Shown: positions 1 through 12,285, numbered from the stretch's first letter. The stretch is 64,000 bases of DNA from the human T2T-CHM13v2.0 reference genome, Homo sapiens (GCF_009914755.1 NC_060935.1), one strand, 5' to 3'. Notes: generated by a model not told the origin, from the letters alone. A program made the numbers and translations.

Positions 1-129
1 CATTGGATCACTTTATTGACAGTTTATTAGGTTCCTTTTTGAACAACTGTCTTGTGCTTTACCTTCATTTCCCTCTTACCTATTTGTGTAGACATTGGAT
101 CTTCCTTTAACCAGTTTACTCCCCAGAAG

Positions 130-690
130 AGATTTCTAGACCATGTCACCATTTTGACCATTTTGAAGTATACAATTCATGCATTAATTACATTTGCAGT
201 GTTCTGCAACATTTTCACTGTCTAATTCCAAAATTTTTCTTCATCCCAAACAGAAACTCTGCCCATTAAGCAGTAACTCATTACCCCTTCCCACAGCCCT
301 GGTTTACCTCTAATATACTTTCCATCTCTGTGAACATGCCTATTGTAGATATTTCATGTAAATGGAATCATACAATATTTGTCCCTTTGTCTCTGGCTTT
401 TTTCACTTAGCGTAGTGTTTTCAGAGTTCATCCATGTATAGAATGTATCATTCCTTTATATGGCTGAATAGTATTCCATTGTGTGTGACACCGCATTTGG
501 TTTATTCATTCATCTGTGGATAGGCACTTGAGTTGTTTCCACTTTTTGGCTACTGTGAGTAACGCTGTGAGCACTGGCGTTTAAGTGTGTTTAGTCCCTA
601 GTTTCATATCTTTTGGGTTTATACCGAGAATGGAATTGCTTGGTCATTTGGTAATTTTATGTTTAACTTTTTGAGGACATGCCAAACTCT
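130..690 (-). mobile_element. Old L1 (L1M-type) 3' fragment
   Basis: Typical antisense L1 3' UTR text (aatggaatcatacaatattt...tttcacttagc...ttcatccatgt...tggctgaatagtattccattgtg); subfamily not determined. Confidence 0.75.
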
Positions 691-718
691 TTGCTTTCTT
701 AATTATGATAATGCTTAA

Positions 719-1056
<338 letters not shown>

Positions 1057-1560
1057 TCCTCTTATTTCTTTAAATTCCTTGAAGTGAAATTAATGGGTCA
1101 AAAGGTGCAACAATTTGAGATACCATGCTAAATCCTATCTGAAAGGCTTGAACCCCTTTTGCTGCTGCCACAAATGTCTGAGAATGCCCTTGTCACCAAA
1201 CCAACATGGCACTTAATATTTCACTGTTTTAAATGTTGGAGAATATTGTTGTCCATTTCTGGTGGAACCATAGTCTGGCGACAGAATGGCTTGCCTGACA
1301 CAGCTTTTGATCACCAGCCCCAAGTCCTTCTCCCTCCCCTTCCCCTTATCCTTTGGTGCTGATCCAGCCCAGTTTATAGGTTCTGTTACATCTAACTTCC
1401 CAACTGTCTCTAGTCTGGTCACTTCTCCCCATCTGCCCAGCAAAGATGAGGTCGATTTGACTTGTAAAAGATTACCTTTTCTAAACAGTTTAAAAAAAAA
1501 AAGATGTCCTCTAACTCTGGGCCTCCCGCTGCCACTGTGCCTCTTCTCTAGAAGGCCTGA

Positions 1561-1938
<378 letters not shown>

Positions 1939-2159
1939 TAGGTAAACAGTGGTTACAACCTGGCTGGGTCTGAGAGGAACCTGAGGCTGCAGCTAGTGAG
2001 GCTGTGCTAGCAGACCTGAGATCTGACCAGTCACAGGGGAAGAGGACCCTCTAATGGGATCCCTCAGTTTAGCATCATCCTCTGTTCTGAATAACACTTG
2101 TAATATTTATCATGTATTTACCCAGCTCCCATTCTCTGCCTATGTTGGGAAAGCCATGT

Positions 2160-2310
2160 ATTGTCTCCATTTTGCCCCATAACAGTCTTGTGAGATAGGG
2201 ATCATTATCCTTACTTCACATGTGAGGAAACAGGTTCAGACACAGGGACTTGCCCAACATTACAGAGCTGATAAAGAGCGAAGGCAGGATTTGAACCTTT
2301 CAAAGACTGT
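2160..2310. mobile_element. MIR fragment
   Basis: MIR core-like ttatcc..ttcacatgtgaggaaacaggttcaga..gacttgcccaa..ggatttgaacc. Confidence 0.7.
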
Positions 2311-2352
2311 CTGGGGCTGGAGTGCCGCCCTGGCTCTCACCATTTCCCTTGA

Positions 2353-2601
<249 letters not shown>

Positions 2602-3100
2602 TGAGCTGCTAGTCCTGCCCCCATGATACAACCCCAGTTTCCCTATTCTAGGATTATTGCCTATTCTCAGCCTCCTTGCAGCCATTGTCACGGATAGATA
2701 GACTTGTGTCAGCCTCAGGCTGTGTTATCTTACACTGGCAGTTCCTTCTTAGAGAAGGTGTTACAGGAGGCCCTCCCTGCATGTTAGTCATGGGGAACTA
2801 GGATTTATCTCTATACCTCTCTCAGGGCTGCCCTGCCTCCAGTACCAGTCCCCTCTATCTGCCTCCCACCTTCTCTGCATTCAGCTCTTTACCCCAACAG
2901 ACAGGCTGTGAGGAGGAAGAGGAGGGGGAGGGCAAAGTTGGGAGGGCTGCCTGAGTAGGAAGTGAGGCTGGGCCCTTCCAGAAAGCAGCCTCCATTCCTC
3001 TAGGCTGTGGAGCAGCTGGAAAGTGGGGCAGACCCAGGGAGCCCCACCACCCATGCTAGATCACTCCTGGCAGCTCTTGCACAGAGTCTCTTTTCTTTAA

Positions 3101-3232
<132 letters not shown>

Positions 3233-4111
3233 TGATGAAGAGCATCAGTGGAAAACCCACCCCACACGCCATGGACCTCAGGGCACTCTCCTCCCTGCCC
3301 ACAAAGACCTCCTGGGTGGGAAAGACTCAAAGGGGCGCTTGGGCCACTCAGGACCCCTCCGGCTGTGTCGGACTGGGGAGGGATATGATGGAGAGCCAGC
3401 CAGTGGGGCTGTCAGCAGTGGGGGGCTTTTTAAAAGAAAACTATTTTGATGAATATATTTAAAAAACCTTTTTTTATTGTGGAGCATAGGAATTGCCCCC
3501 CTCCAGGCTTCACCCTCCCTGCCTAAGCAGGGTGGGGGCAGAGCCATGACATTTTTGGTTTAAAGGAGCCTTCTCATCTCTGGCCGAGAACACTGCTGGG
3601 CTCCCAGGTAGCTGAAGGCCTCAGCCCACCCACTCCCTTCTTCCCTGTGTGGGGCTCAAGCCTGGTGCACTTAGTATAGAAGAGCTAACGTACTCAGGCT
3701 TGTGCCACGGGTGAGCACTGAGGCCCCAGGTGTCCTCCCTCCCCCACTGTCTGGGACACAGGACAGGTGTTGCGTCTGACTCTGTCTCCCCCTGTCCAAG
3801 AGCTATAGGCTGGTTGAGGCAAGTGGAACCTTATCAGTGACTTGGCCAACAAGGGAAGCCTTGGGGCCTCAGAATTCATTGAAAATTTGTTTTGGGACAA
3901 CTGGAAGAATCAGCACCATGGATACTCGCCCGTGGGCAGGGCTGTGGTCAGCCAAGAATAGAGGTCATATAGTTGGGCCATGGGGCAATTGTTGGCAGCC
4001 ATGACTGACGGCCCCTTGTGCAAGCTCATTCTTCAGTGGATCCTTCAGTGGAGTGGTGACACGTGCCAGCGGTCACTCTGCCACATCACTTCCTTCTTGA
4101 AAGCCTAAGAG

Positions 4112-4142
4112 TGCGTATGCGTGTGTGTGTGTGTGTGTGTGT
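4112..4142 (+). repeat. (TG)n microsatellite in RNF121 3' UTR
   Basis: tgcgtatgcgtgtgtgtg...gt. Confidence 0.9.
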
Positions 4143-4360
4143 ACGTGAGGCAGAAGAATATGACAGATGTCAGCTTCTCCCTGTGTCAGATGATATGTCC
4201 TTGAAGCTGGCAGGGGATTCCCAGTCCAGGGAATATCCCTACATGATTTTTGTCATTCATGGGTCCTCCCTGGGCCTGACAACGGGAGTGGTGGGTGGGT
4301 GAGAACAGGTTCTGAGAGGGGGCTTCTAGGAAGGCCCCAGCCCTAGTCCTAGGCGACTTG

Positions 4361-4484
4361 AATAAAGTGGGAGGTCAAACATGGGCCTTCGGCATTGGGT
4401 TTCTAGGGAATATGGCTCAGTAGGGCCTGCCCCTTCAAGGGCAGCAAGAACGAAGCAGGATGTTGTCACTCCCGTCTGAATAAA
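4361..4484 (+). terminator. RNF121: Candidate RNF121 poly(A) signals, AATAAA at 4361-4366 and 4479-4484
   Basis: Canonical hexamers 1.1-1.25 kb after the stop codon. Confidence 0.65.
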
Positions 4485-5799
4485 GCTCCATGAGCTGGGT
4501 TGGAAAGCTGAACATTTATCTTGCTTTCTTCTTCCCACCTCTTTCCCTGGGGTCCCCAGGGGTGTCTTGCCTTTGTTAACCCCCATCGGAGACCTGAGGG
4601 TCTGGGGGTGGTTGGGCCTGCCTTTCTGCTGTTCCCAGCTGTTCCCCTGCTGACATCCCTAGGAGTGGTGGAATGCCAGGCTCCTGTCCTGTGGCCTGGG
4701 GGCCTGGGGCATCATTGGGCCTGCCTTCAGACTGAGGTTGCTCTATGTTCTCACTGCCTGAGGACAGTGTCCCGCCACCACCTGCCTTCCTGAGGACCAC
4801 ACTCAGGCTCGGCTTCTCTTCCCCAGCTGTGGCTTCCCATGGTACCCTGCTGCTTATGCCACCTGTGGGGCTGTTCCCCTCCTCAGAGAGGGGAATGGGG
4901 CTGGTCAGAGGACCTAGGGATCACCCTTCCTTTTACTTTTTCCCCCCACCCCCCTGTCAGGCTCAGGTGAGAAGCCGAGGCCAGGCTGTCCAAAGCTCTT
5001 TTCATGTGTAACAGTTCTGAGTCCCTTGACCTCCCCCCTTGGCCTGACTCTGGTCTCGGTTCCACTAAGACAGAGTCCTGTCATCTTTCCCTACCATCCC
5101 CCACTGGACTGTCTCTCTCAGAAACCCCAGGCAGCCTTGCTTCCTGACCTAACTCCTGGAGATGCTGGTGTTCTTGGGAGGAATTTCTCCTGCATCTTAC
5201 ATGCTAGAAGCCCCTGGGGCAGGAGGTAGGGGGAGGAATTGAGAGGAGGAAAAACATGAACTAGACACCTAGAGAAGAAGGATGTGACTTGTAGTATCCT
5301 ATGTCTAAATTAGGAATATGAATCTGGTTTTTCTACAAGAAGTTTGAGATCACAGCTGACTGTGTTCCTGATGCATCCACCAAACCCAGTTCCATCTGTG
5401 GGCCTCCCTGGCTCTGTCACCAGCCGTTGCACCCTCCCAATCACAGGAGTCACAAACCTCAGACATGCAGCTCCTGTCCACACTTAATATATGCATGCAT
5501 TGGATCACCCAGCCCTGGTCTTTCTGCCTCCATGGATAACTGCATGACCCTGAGAGAAAACCTCCTTAGATTTAGCATCCTAGGTTCCTCACACGCCTCA
5601 CCCTGAATCCTGGCCCTCCCGCAGCCCCAGCGCCATTTGTCCCATCAGTGACAAGATTCATATTCTGATGTAGACTCTGTTGCCAGAGCCAGTGTTGAGC
5701 CAGTCCGCCTCTTCCCCGGGAAGTGCCTGCCCTTCCCTCCTGTTAGGGTTGGCTCTCGAGCTTGTGTGCCAGTTCCTGGGTTGGCCGTGAGAGTTCTAC

Positions 5800-5934
5800 A
5801 GACAAGGAGGAAGTGCTCTCGGTGTATTTCCTGTGGTGGGTTCACACGCAGCTAGACACAGCTAACTTGAGTCTTGGAGCTCCTAGAGGGAAGCTTCTGG
5901 AAAGGAAGGCTCTTCAGGACCTCTTAGGAGCCAG
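5800..5934 (+). promoter_or_regulatory. IL18BP: Probable distal IL18BP promoter / non-coding first exon
   Basis: ETS/PU.1 GAGGAAGTG 5807-5815, RUNX TGTGGT 5832-5837, donor CAG|GTAGGA at 5934/5935; TSS not determinable. Confidence 0.55.
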
Positions 5935-6457
5935 GTAGGAGTCTGGGACTACTAGTGAACCTAGACCTGTGGCTCTGGCCAGAGGGGCTAGGATGAGAGA
6001 CAGAGGGTGTGATGGTGGGTGCTGGGAGATGTAGCCGACCTTGGGGCTGGTGGCTGGGGGAGTGGGTAGCCTGGGAAAGGCCAGGATGTGGACGGACTGG
6101 TATGGCATTGAGCCTGAAGTGGTCCAACTTGGGGTTCCCCAGTGCCTAGGAAAGTTGTCCCCTTGAATGTCAGTGTGAAGGTGAAGGAGGAAGCAGATGC
6201 CTGTTCATATGGAAACAAAGACCTGGCTGTGAAGAGGGGAGGCGGACACCAAAGTCCTGACACTTGGGCGGGACAGAATTGATCTGTGAGAGACTCATCT
6301 AGTTCATACCCTAGGTGACCCTGGGGGTGGCATGGGGGTAGATTAGAGATCCCAGTCTGGTATCCTCTGGAGAGTAGGAGTCCCAGGAGCTGAAGGTTTC
6401 TGGCCACTGAACTTTGGCTAAAGCAGAGGTGTCACAGCTGCTCAAGATTCCCTGGTT

Positions 6458-6533
6458 AAAAAGTGAAAGTGAAATAGAGGGTCGGGGCAGTGCTTTCCCA
6501 GAAGGATTGCTCGGCATCCTGCCCTTCCCAGAA
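6458..6533 (+). promoter_or_regulatory. IL18BP: IFN-gamma-responsive IL18BP promoter: IRF element plus two GAS sites
   Basis: AAAAGTGAAAGTGAAA (~6459-6474); TTCCCAGAA at 6495-6503 and 6525-6533; IL18BP is a known STAT1/IRF1 target. Confidence 0.85.
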
Positions 6534-6577
6534 GCAGCTCTGGTGCTGAAGAGAGCACTGCCTCCCTGTGTGACTGG
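6528..6577 (+). other. IL18BP: IL18BP short non-coding exon (start approximate)
   Basis: Donor TGG|GTGAGT at 6577/6578 just downstream of the GAS/IRF cluster. Confidence 0.65.
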
Positions 6578-6899
6578 GTGAGTCCATATTCTCTCTTTGG
6601 GTCTCAATTTTGCCTTCCCTAATGAAGGGGTAAGATTGGACTAGGTAAGCATCTTACAACCATTTGTGGTCATGAGAGCTGGGGTGGGGAAGGATTGTCA
6701 CTTGACCCCCCCAGCTCTGTTTCTAAGTGCTGAAAGAGCTCCAGGCTATGCTACGGGAGGAGAAGCCAGCTACTGAGGAAAAGCCAGCTACTGAGAAAAA
6801 GCGGGAGTGGTTTACCATTCTCCTCCCCCACCTTTCACCAGAGAAGAGGACGTTGTCACAGATAAAGAGCCAGGCTCACCAGCTCCTGACGCATGCATC

Positions 6900-6927
6900 A
6901 TGACCATGAGACACAACTGGACACCAG
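6900..6927 (+). CDS. IL18BP: IL-18 binding protein, first coding exon (MTMRHNWTP; exon starts at 6842)
   Basis: ATG at 6900, donor CAG|GTAGGC. Confidence 0.95.
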
Positions 6928-7243
6928 GTAGGCCTTGGGGCTACGCATGGGCAGGCGGGGTAGGGTGAGGTCTATGAACAGAATGGAGCAATGGGCTAAC
7001 CCGGAGCCTTCACTCCAAGGCAAACCACCCAGCGCACCTGGTGCTGTTGCTTTAAGAACCTGGGCAGATATTGTAGCTCTGGCTCCAGTCTAAAGCTTCT
7101 CTGTACTCTGTTCAATAAAGGGCTAAGGGGTGGGTGCTGAGGGGTCCCTCTTCCCGCTCTGATTCCCTGGCTAGAACCCAGACATCTCTGGGCTGGAGTT
7201 ACATCCTTACCCGGGCAGCCCACTCTGTCTCCAGAGCCGCTGA

Positions 7244-7666
<423 letters not shown>

Positions 7667-8115
7667 TAGGACAGAGAACTCAAGACATAAGTAATGGTCA
7701 CAGGACCTCCCAGAGCCTTGGTTGCAGTGGACCCCAAGGCCAGCCCCTCCACCCAGAGCCTGCTGGCCTCTGGCCATCTCAGAGGAGCAGCAGCCATCCA
7801 GCACTGCCTCTGTCACCTGGGCTCCCAAGTCACCGAGGCTGGGCACTAGAAAAGGTCATCCTGAGGAGACAGGTTCAGAAGAGGATTCATCACGTGAACC
7901 AAGGACCATTCCTCACATTCCCCGTGTTTAGGGCTAGGGCCTCTCGGAGACAACTGCACTTCTGTAACGGACGTTCCCACCTAGGTGGTGTGCAGAGCAG
8001 TTCTCTAGGTTCCAGATGCATGGGGACTGGGGGGAGCTGGCAGAGAGGGCACAGCAGAGCAGGGTAGGGGAAGGGCCTGCTCTTCTGAAGAGCTAACTGC
8101 TGCCTGTGTCCCTAG

Positions 8116-8239
8116 ATGGAACGCTGAGCTTATCCTGTGTGGCCTGCAGCCGCTTCCCCAACTTCAGCATCCTCTACTGGCTGGGCAATGGTTCCTTCAT
8201 TGAGCACCTCCCAGGCCGACTGTGGGAGGGGAGCACCAG
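8116..8239 (+). CDS. IL18BP: IL18BP Ig-domain exon (NGTLSLSCVACSRFPNFSILYWLGNGSFIEHLPGRLWEGST)
   Basis: tag acceptor, GTGAGG donor, Ig Cys/Trp and N-glycosylation sequons. Confidence 0.96.
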
Positions 8240-8319
8240 GTGAGGGTCGCAGCAGCCAGGTGGGTGGGAAGGAGGCCTTCTGCGGCCTTCTCATGACCTT
8301 TCCTTCCCTTCCGCTCCAG

Positions 8320-8467
8320 CCGGGAACGTGGGAGCACAGGTACGCAGCTGTGCAAGGCCTTGGTGCTGGAGCAGCTGACCCCTGCCCTGCACAGCACCAA
8401 CTTCTCCTGTGTGCTCGTGGACCCTGAACAGGTTGTCCAGCGTCACGTCGTCCTGGCCCAGCTCTGG
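8320..8467 (+). CDS. IL18BP: IL18BP Ig-domain exon (RERGSTGTQLCKALVLEQ...VLAQLW)
   Basis: cag acceptor, GTGAGG donor; read-through to the stop at 8560 gives the isoform-c-type tail. Confidence 0.96.
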
Positions 8468-8698
8468 GTGAGGAGCCCAAGGAGAGGCCTCCAGGAACAG
8501 GAGGAGCTCTGCTTCCATATGTGGGGAGGAAAGGGTGGGCTCTGCCAGAGCAGCCTGTGAACTAATGCCCAGCATTCCTCAAGGTCAGCCAGACAAAAAG
8601 GAACTTAGGTCTTGGGCAGAGGAGGTGTAGCCTGGGGCAAAGTGATGAGATGTCCCTCCTTTCCTTGGCCTGATCCTTGTCTGCCTTCACTTCCCTAG

Positions 8699-8776
8699 GC
8701 TGGGCTGAGGGCAACCTTGCCCCCCACCCAAGAAGCCCTGCCCTCCAGCCACAGCAGTCCACAGCAGCAGGGTTAA
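8699..8776 (+). CDS. IL18BP: IL18BP last coding exon (AGLRATLPPTQEALPSSHSSPQQQG*)
   Basis: Five exons total 585 nt = 194 aa + TAA. Confidence 0.95.
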   Translation, partial: AGLRATLPPTQEALPSSHSSPQQQG

Positions 8777-9798
8777 GACTCAGCACAGGGCCAGCAGCAG
8801 CACAACCTTGACCAGAGCTTGGGTCCTACCTGTCTACCTGGAGTGAACAGTCCCTGACTGCCTGTAGGCTGCGTGGATGCGCAACACACCCCCTCCTTCT
8901 CTGCTTTGGGTCCCTTCTCTCACCAAATTCAAACTCCATTCCCACCTACCTAGAAAATCACAGCCTCCTTATAATGCCTCCTCCTCCTGCCATTCTCTCT
9001 CCACCTATCCATTAGCCTTCCTAACGTCCTACTCCTCACACTGCTCTACTGCTCAGAAACCACCAAGACTGTTGATGCCTTAGCCTTGCACTCCAGGGCC
9101 CTACCTGCATTTCCCACATGACTTTCTGGAAGCCTCCCAACTATTCTTGCTTTTCCCAGACAGCTCCCACTCCCATGTCTCTGCTCATTTAGTCCCGTCT
9201 TCCTCACCGCCCCAGCAGGGGAACGCTCAAGCCTGGTTGAAATGCTGCCTCTTCAGTGAAGTCATCCTCTTTCAGCTCTGGCCGCATTCTGCAGACTTCC
9301 TATCTTCGTGCTGTATGTTTTTTTTTTTCCCCCTTCACTCTAATGGACTGTTCCAGGGAAGGGATGGGGGCAGCAGCTGCTTCGGATCCACACTGTATCT
9401 GTGTCATCCCCACATGGGTCCTCATAAAGGATTATTCAATGGAGGCATCCTGACATCTGTTCATTTAGGCTTCAGTTCCACTCCCAGGAACTTTGCCTGT
9501 CCCACGAGGGAGTATGGGAGAGAGGGACTGCCACACAGAAGCTGAAGACAACACCTGCTTCAGGGGAACACAGGCGCTTGAAAAAGAAAAGAGAGAACAG
9601 CCCATAATGCTCCCCGGGAGCAGAGGCCACTAATGGAGAGTGGGAAGAGCCTGGAAAGATGTGGCCTCAGGAAAAGGGATGAGAGAAAGGAGGTGGTATG
9701 GAAGACTCAGCAGGAACAAGGTAGGCTTCAAAGAGCCTATATTCCTCTTTTTCCCACACCGATCAAGTCAACTCAGTACTCACGGGAGAAAAATAGAC

Positions 9799-9804
9799 TT
9801 TATT
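9799..9804 (-). terminator. NUMA1: NUMA1 poly(A) signal AATAAA
   Basis: TTTATT on + strand, about 640 nt past the NUMA1 stop. Confidence 0.85.
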
Positions 9805-10442
9805 TACAAGTAATAACATTTAGAAAAGATCCATCCCCGGCCCTTAAAAACCTTCCCATCACTCCAAATCCCACCCCAGTGCAAGTCTGGGGAAGGTAGG
9901 GTGTGAGCTGCTGCTGAAGGCTGTCCCCCAACCCCACTCCTGAGACACAGGGCCCATCCGTCCTGGGAAAGAGCATCCTCTGGCAGGTGCTCCCACCAGG
10001 TCAGACCCAGTCCTGGACTTCAAGAGTGAGGGCCCCTGCTGGGCCCAGCCACCAGGACAGCAGGAACCAGGGCCTACTCCTCTTATGGTCCCTTCTAGAT
10101 CCAGAGGCTAAGAGGAAGACTGGCCAGGCCCAAGGACCCAGCCATCAAAACCAGCCTCAAATCTGGTTGTGATGGAGAAGTGACTTTGCTTTAAGAAAAA
10201 AGGAGGCAAGGTAGGGAGAGCGCCCACACTGTCCATGCTCCAGGCCCCCTGGGCCAGCTCCGAGAAGGCGCCAGTGAAGGACCAGGGACCAGGCCAGGGT
10301 GCGGGCAGGCATCACTGTCTCTAGGGGTTTGGCTACTGTTGGCCTGGGAGCTGAGAGAAGGCACTGAGAGGGACAGTAGGCGGAGGACCAGGTGACGGCA
10401 GCATCGGGGACACAGGTGGGGCCACTCACTGGTACTGGCCCT

Positions 10443-10454
10443 TTAGTGCTTTGC
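10443..10454 (-). CDS. NUMA1: NUMA1 last coding exon (AKH*)
   Basis: cag|GCA AAG CAC TAA. Confidence 0.93.
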   Translation of the reverse strand, partial: AKH

Positions 10455-10802
10455 CTGAAAGAGACACAGTCACATGGCCAGATGAGAACTTGCGATACTA
10501 GCCTGCACCCACTGGCTGGGAAGATCTCTTCCTGCTCCCACGCCCCTGTCTGGATCCCCTCCCTTGTGAGCCCCAGGGTTATCAGTTGCTGGCTGTGCCT
10601 GAGCAGCTCTGGGTGCTCTCCATGAGAATGGGGCCATCTGTCTTCTCTCCTTGGAGAGGAGCTACCAGGACAGGGACACCTCTTACCCCACACCCTCCAG
10701 CAGCCTGGCGTGGCCCCATCTTGGATGCTACTTGGTGGGGCGGTCTGGGGGGTGCCCATGCTCTCATCGGGTTTCCCTCCCCCATCCTGCCAGTGCCTCT
10801 AC

Positions 10803-11015
10803 CTTGCCCTTGGCTCGAGGGGTGGCACCAATGGCGGCAGCAGTGGCGGCGCTGGCTGTGGTGGTGGCAATGCGCGGAGAACGGCGGGTTCCACTGCGAG
10901 TGTTGGGGGAAGCCTTGGACAGGGCCTTCTTTGAGGCTCCCCGCCGCAGAAGGCTGTTCCCTAGCTTCTTGGGTGTGTTGAGGATGCTGAAGGCCATCGA
11001 CTGGCGCCGGTCAGC
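10803..11015 (-). CDS. NUMA1: NUMA1 tail exon (ADRRQSMAFSILNTPKK...RAKGK)
   Basis: AG/GT boundaries, 213 nt, CDK1-type TPKK site. Confidence 0.95.
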
Positions 11016-11140
11016 CTGCAAGGAAGGGCTGTCAGACCGGGAGACCCAATGCTGCCTTCCCAGGCCAGCGTGCTGTGCCACGCTGTACCAGCAAGGTCCC
11101 GCCAGGGCGTCGCTTCATCCCCCTTCAGCCCCAGCCTCAC

Positions 11141-11257
11141 CTGTTTAGTAGAAGCTGGAGCTGCTTTCTTCTGGGCCTCAGTAGTGCTCTGTTTGCGCCC
11201 TTCATGTCGGTCTCGGGGAGTCATGGGGCGTGGGAAACAGCTGGTGGCCTTCTTAGA
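11141..11257 (-). CDS. NUMA1: NUMA1 tail exon (SKKATSCFPRPMTPRD...STKQ)
   Basis: AG/GT boundaries, 117 nt. Confidence 0.95.
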
Positions 11258-11555
11258 CTATGGAGAAGAGGACAGTTAGGCAGACAGTAGCAAGAGGAGT
11301 CACATCTGAAGCCAGGTGTCTTGTCCTCTCAGAGCTGAGTGGACCTTGTAAGTCAACGTGCAACCTGCTCCCCTTCCCAACTCTGGGCCAGATCCTTCCC
11401 TTCCCAACAGTTCCCATCCATGGGTCAGGCCCTTGGAGAGAGGGAAAGAGAGGGGGAAGTGAGGGAAGGAGAGAGAAGGCTCCCTTTAGTCCTTGGTGAG
11501 CTGGGCCTGACCTGAGCACAGTGCTGGAGTAACACCCAGGAGCCACCGCGCCTAC

Positions 11556-11732
11556 CTCAGGAGTTCCAGGGCCCTGGTGGGGCTCTAGGGAGACCCGTTT
11601 GCGCTGCTGCCGGGTGGTGATGCCAGTGCCCTCGGCTATCTGGATTGGCTGCATGCTGGCTCGGCGCAGGGTCTCTTGGGGGTCTCCAGTTTTCATCTCC
11701 TCATCTGTGATGGTGCCCAGGCTCAGGGAAGG
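11556..11732 (-). CDS. NUMA1: NUMA1 tail exon containing the NLS (PSLSLGT...RQQRKRVS...TPE)
   Basis: AG/GT boundaries, 177 nt. Confidence 0.95.
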
Positions 11733-12148
11733 CTGCATGGGTGGAAGAGGTGGTCAGTGGACCATAGCTGTATGGAGATGGAGGAGGACCTGGGGCTGTC
11801 CCAGAACTCTACACTCGCCCGACACTTATGGTCGGGACCCTTCCTGCCTCACGAGGTAGAAAGACACAAGGCCTCCTTTCCTGTTCTGCTTTCTACCTAA
11901 GCCCTGGGCAAATGGCCACAAGCAGTGCAGTCCTGACCAGATTCCTCTCTGAGCTCCTGCCTACCCCCAGGGACTTCACCCCTGAGTGCCCTCCCAGCTG
12001 TCTGTTCCACCTGGAAACATGAGAAGGTCACCCTCCCCCTCCTCGGCCAGTCAGTGATCCAGGGCCCTAGTGCTCAGGCTAGATCAGCAGGTGGGATTCC
12101 AAGGGAGGGCAGGGATGGGAGGCCCTGCACAGTGACCCCAGGCCTCAC

Positions 12149-12285
12149 CCTGGACTCCAGGGGATAGCAGGTCTTCAGATGTGGGGGGCACACTCGATTG
12201 CGCTGCTGCAGCTCTGCAATGCGGTTCCAGTCATCCAGCTGCTCAGGCTCATCCTGGCAAGTGCCCATGTAGAAGCTGTTCCTTC
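12149..12285 (-). CDS. NUMA1: NUMA1 exon, LGN/microtubule-binding region (RNSFYMGTCQDEPEQLDDWNRIAELQQRN...ESR)
   Basis: AG/GT boundaries, 137 nt. Confidence 0.95.

Noticed and set aside
5711-5723. TTCCCCGGGAA as an additional GAS site
   Set aside because: Spacing is TTC-N5-GAA, not the N3/N4 used by STATs.
10764-10802. Read-through tail VEALAGWGRETR* from retention of the last NUMA1 intron
   Set aside because: Possible, but nothing in the sequence beyond a weak GTAGAG donor supports its use.
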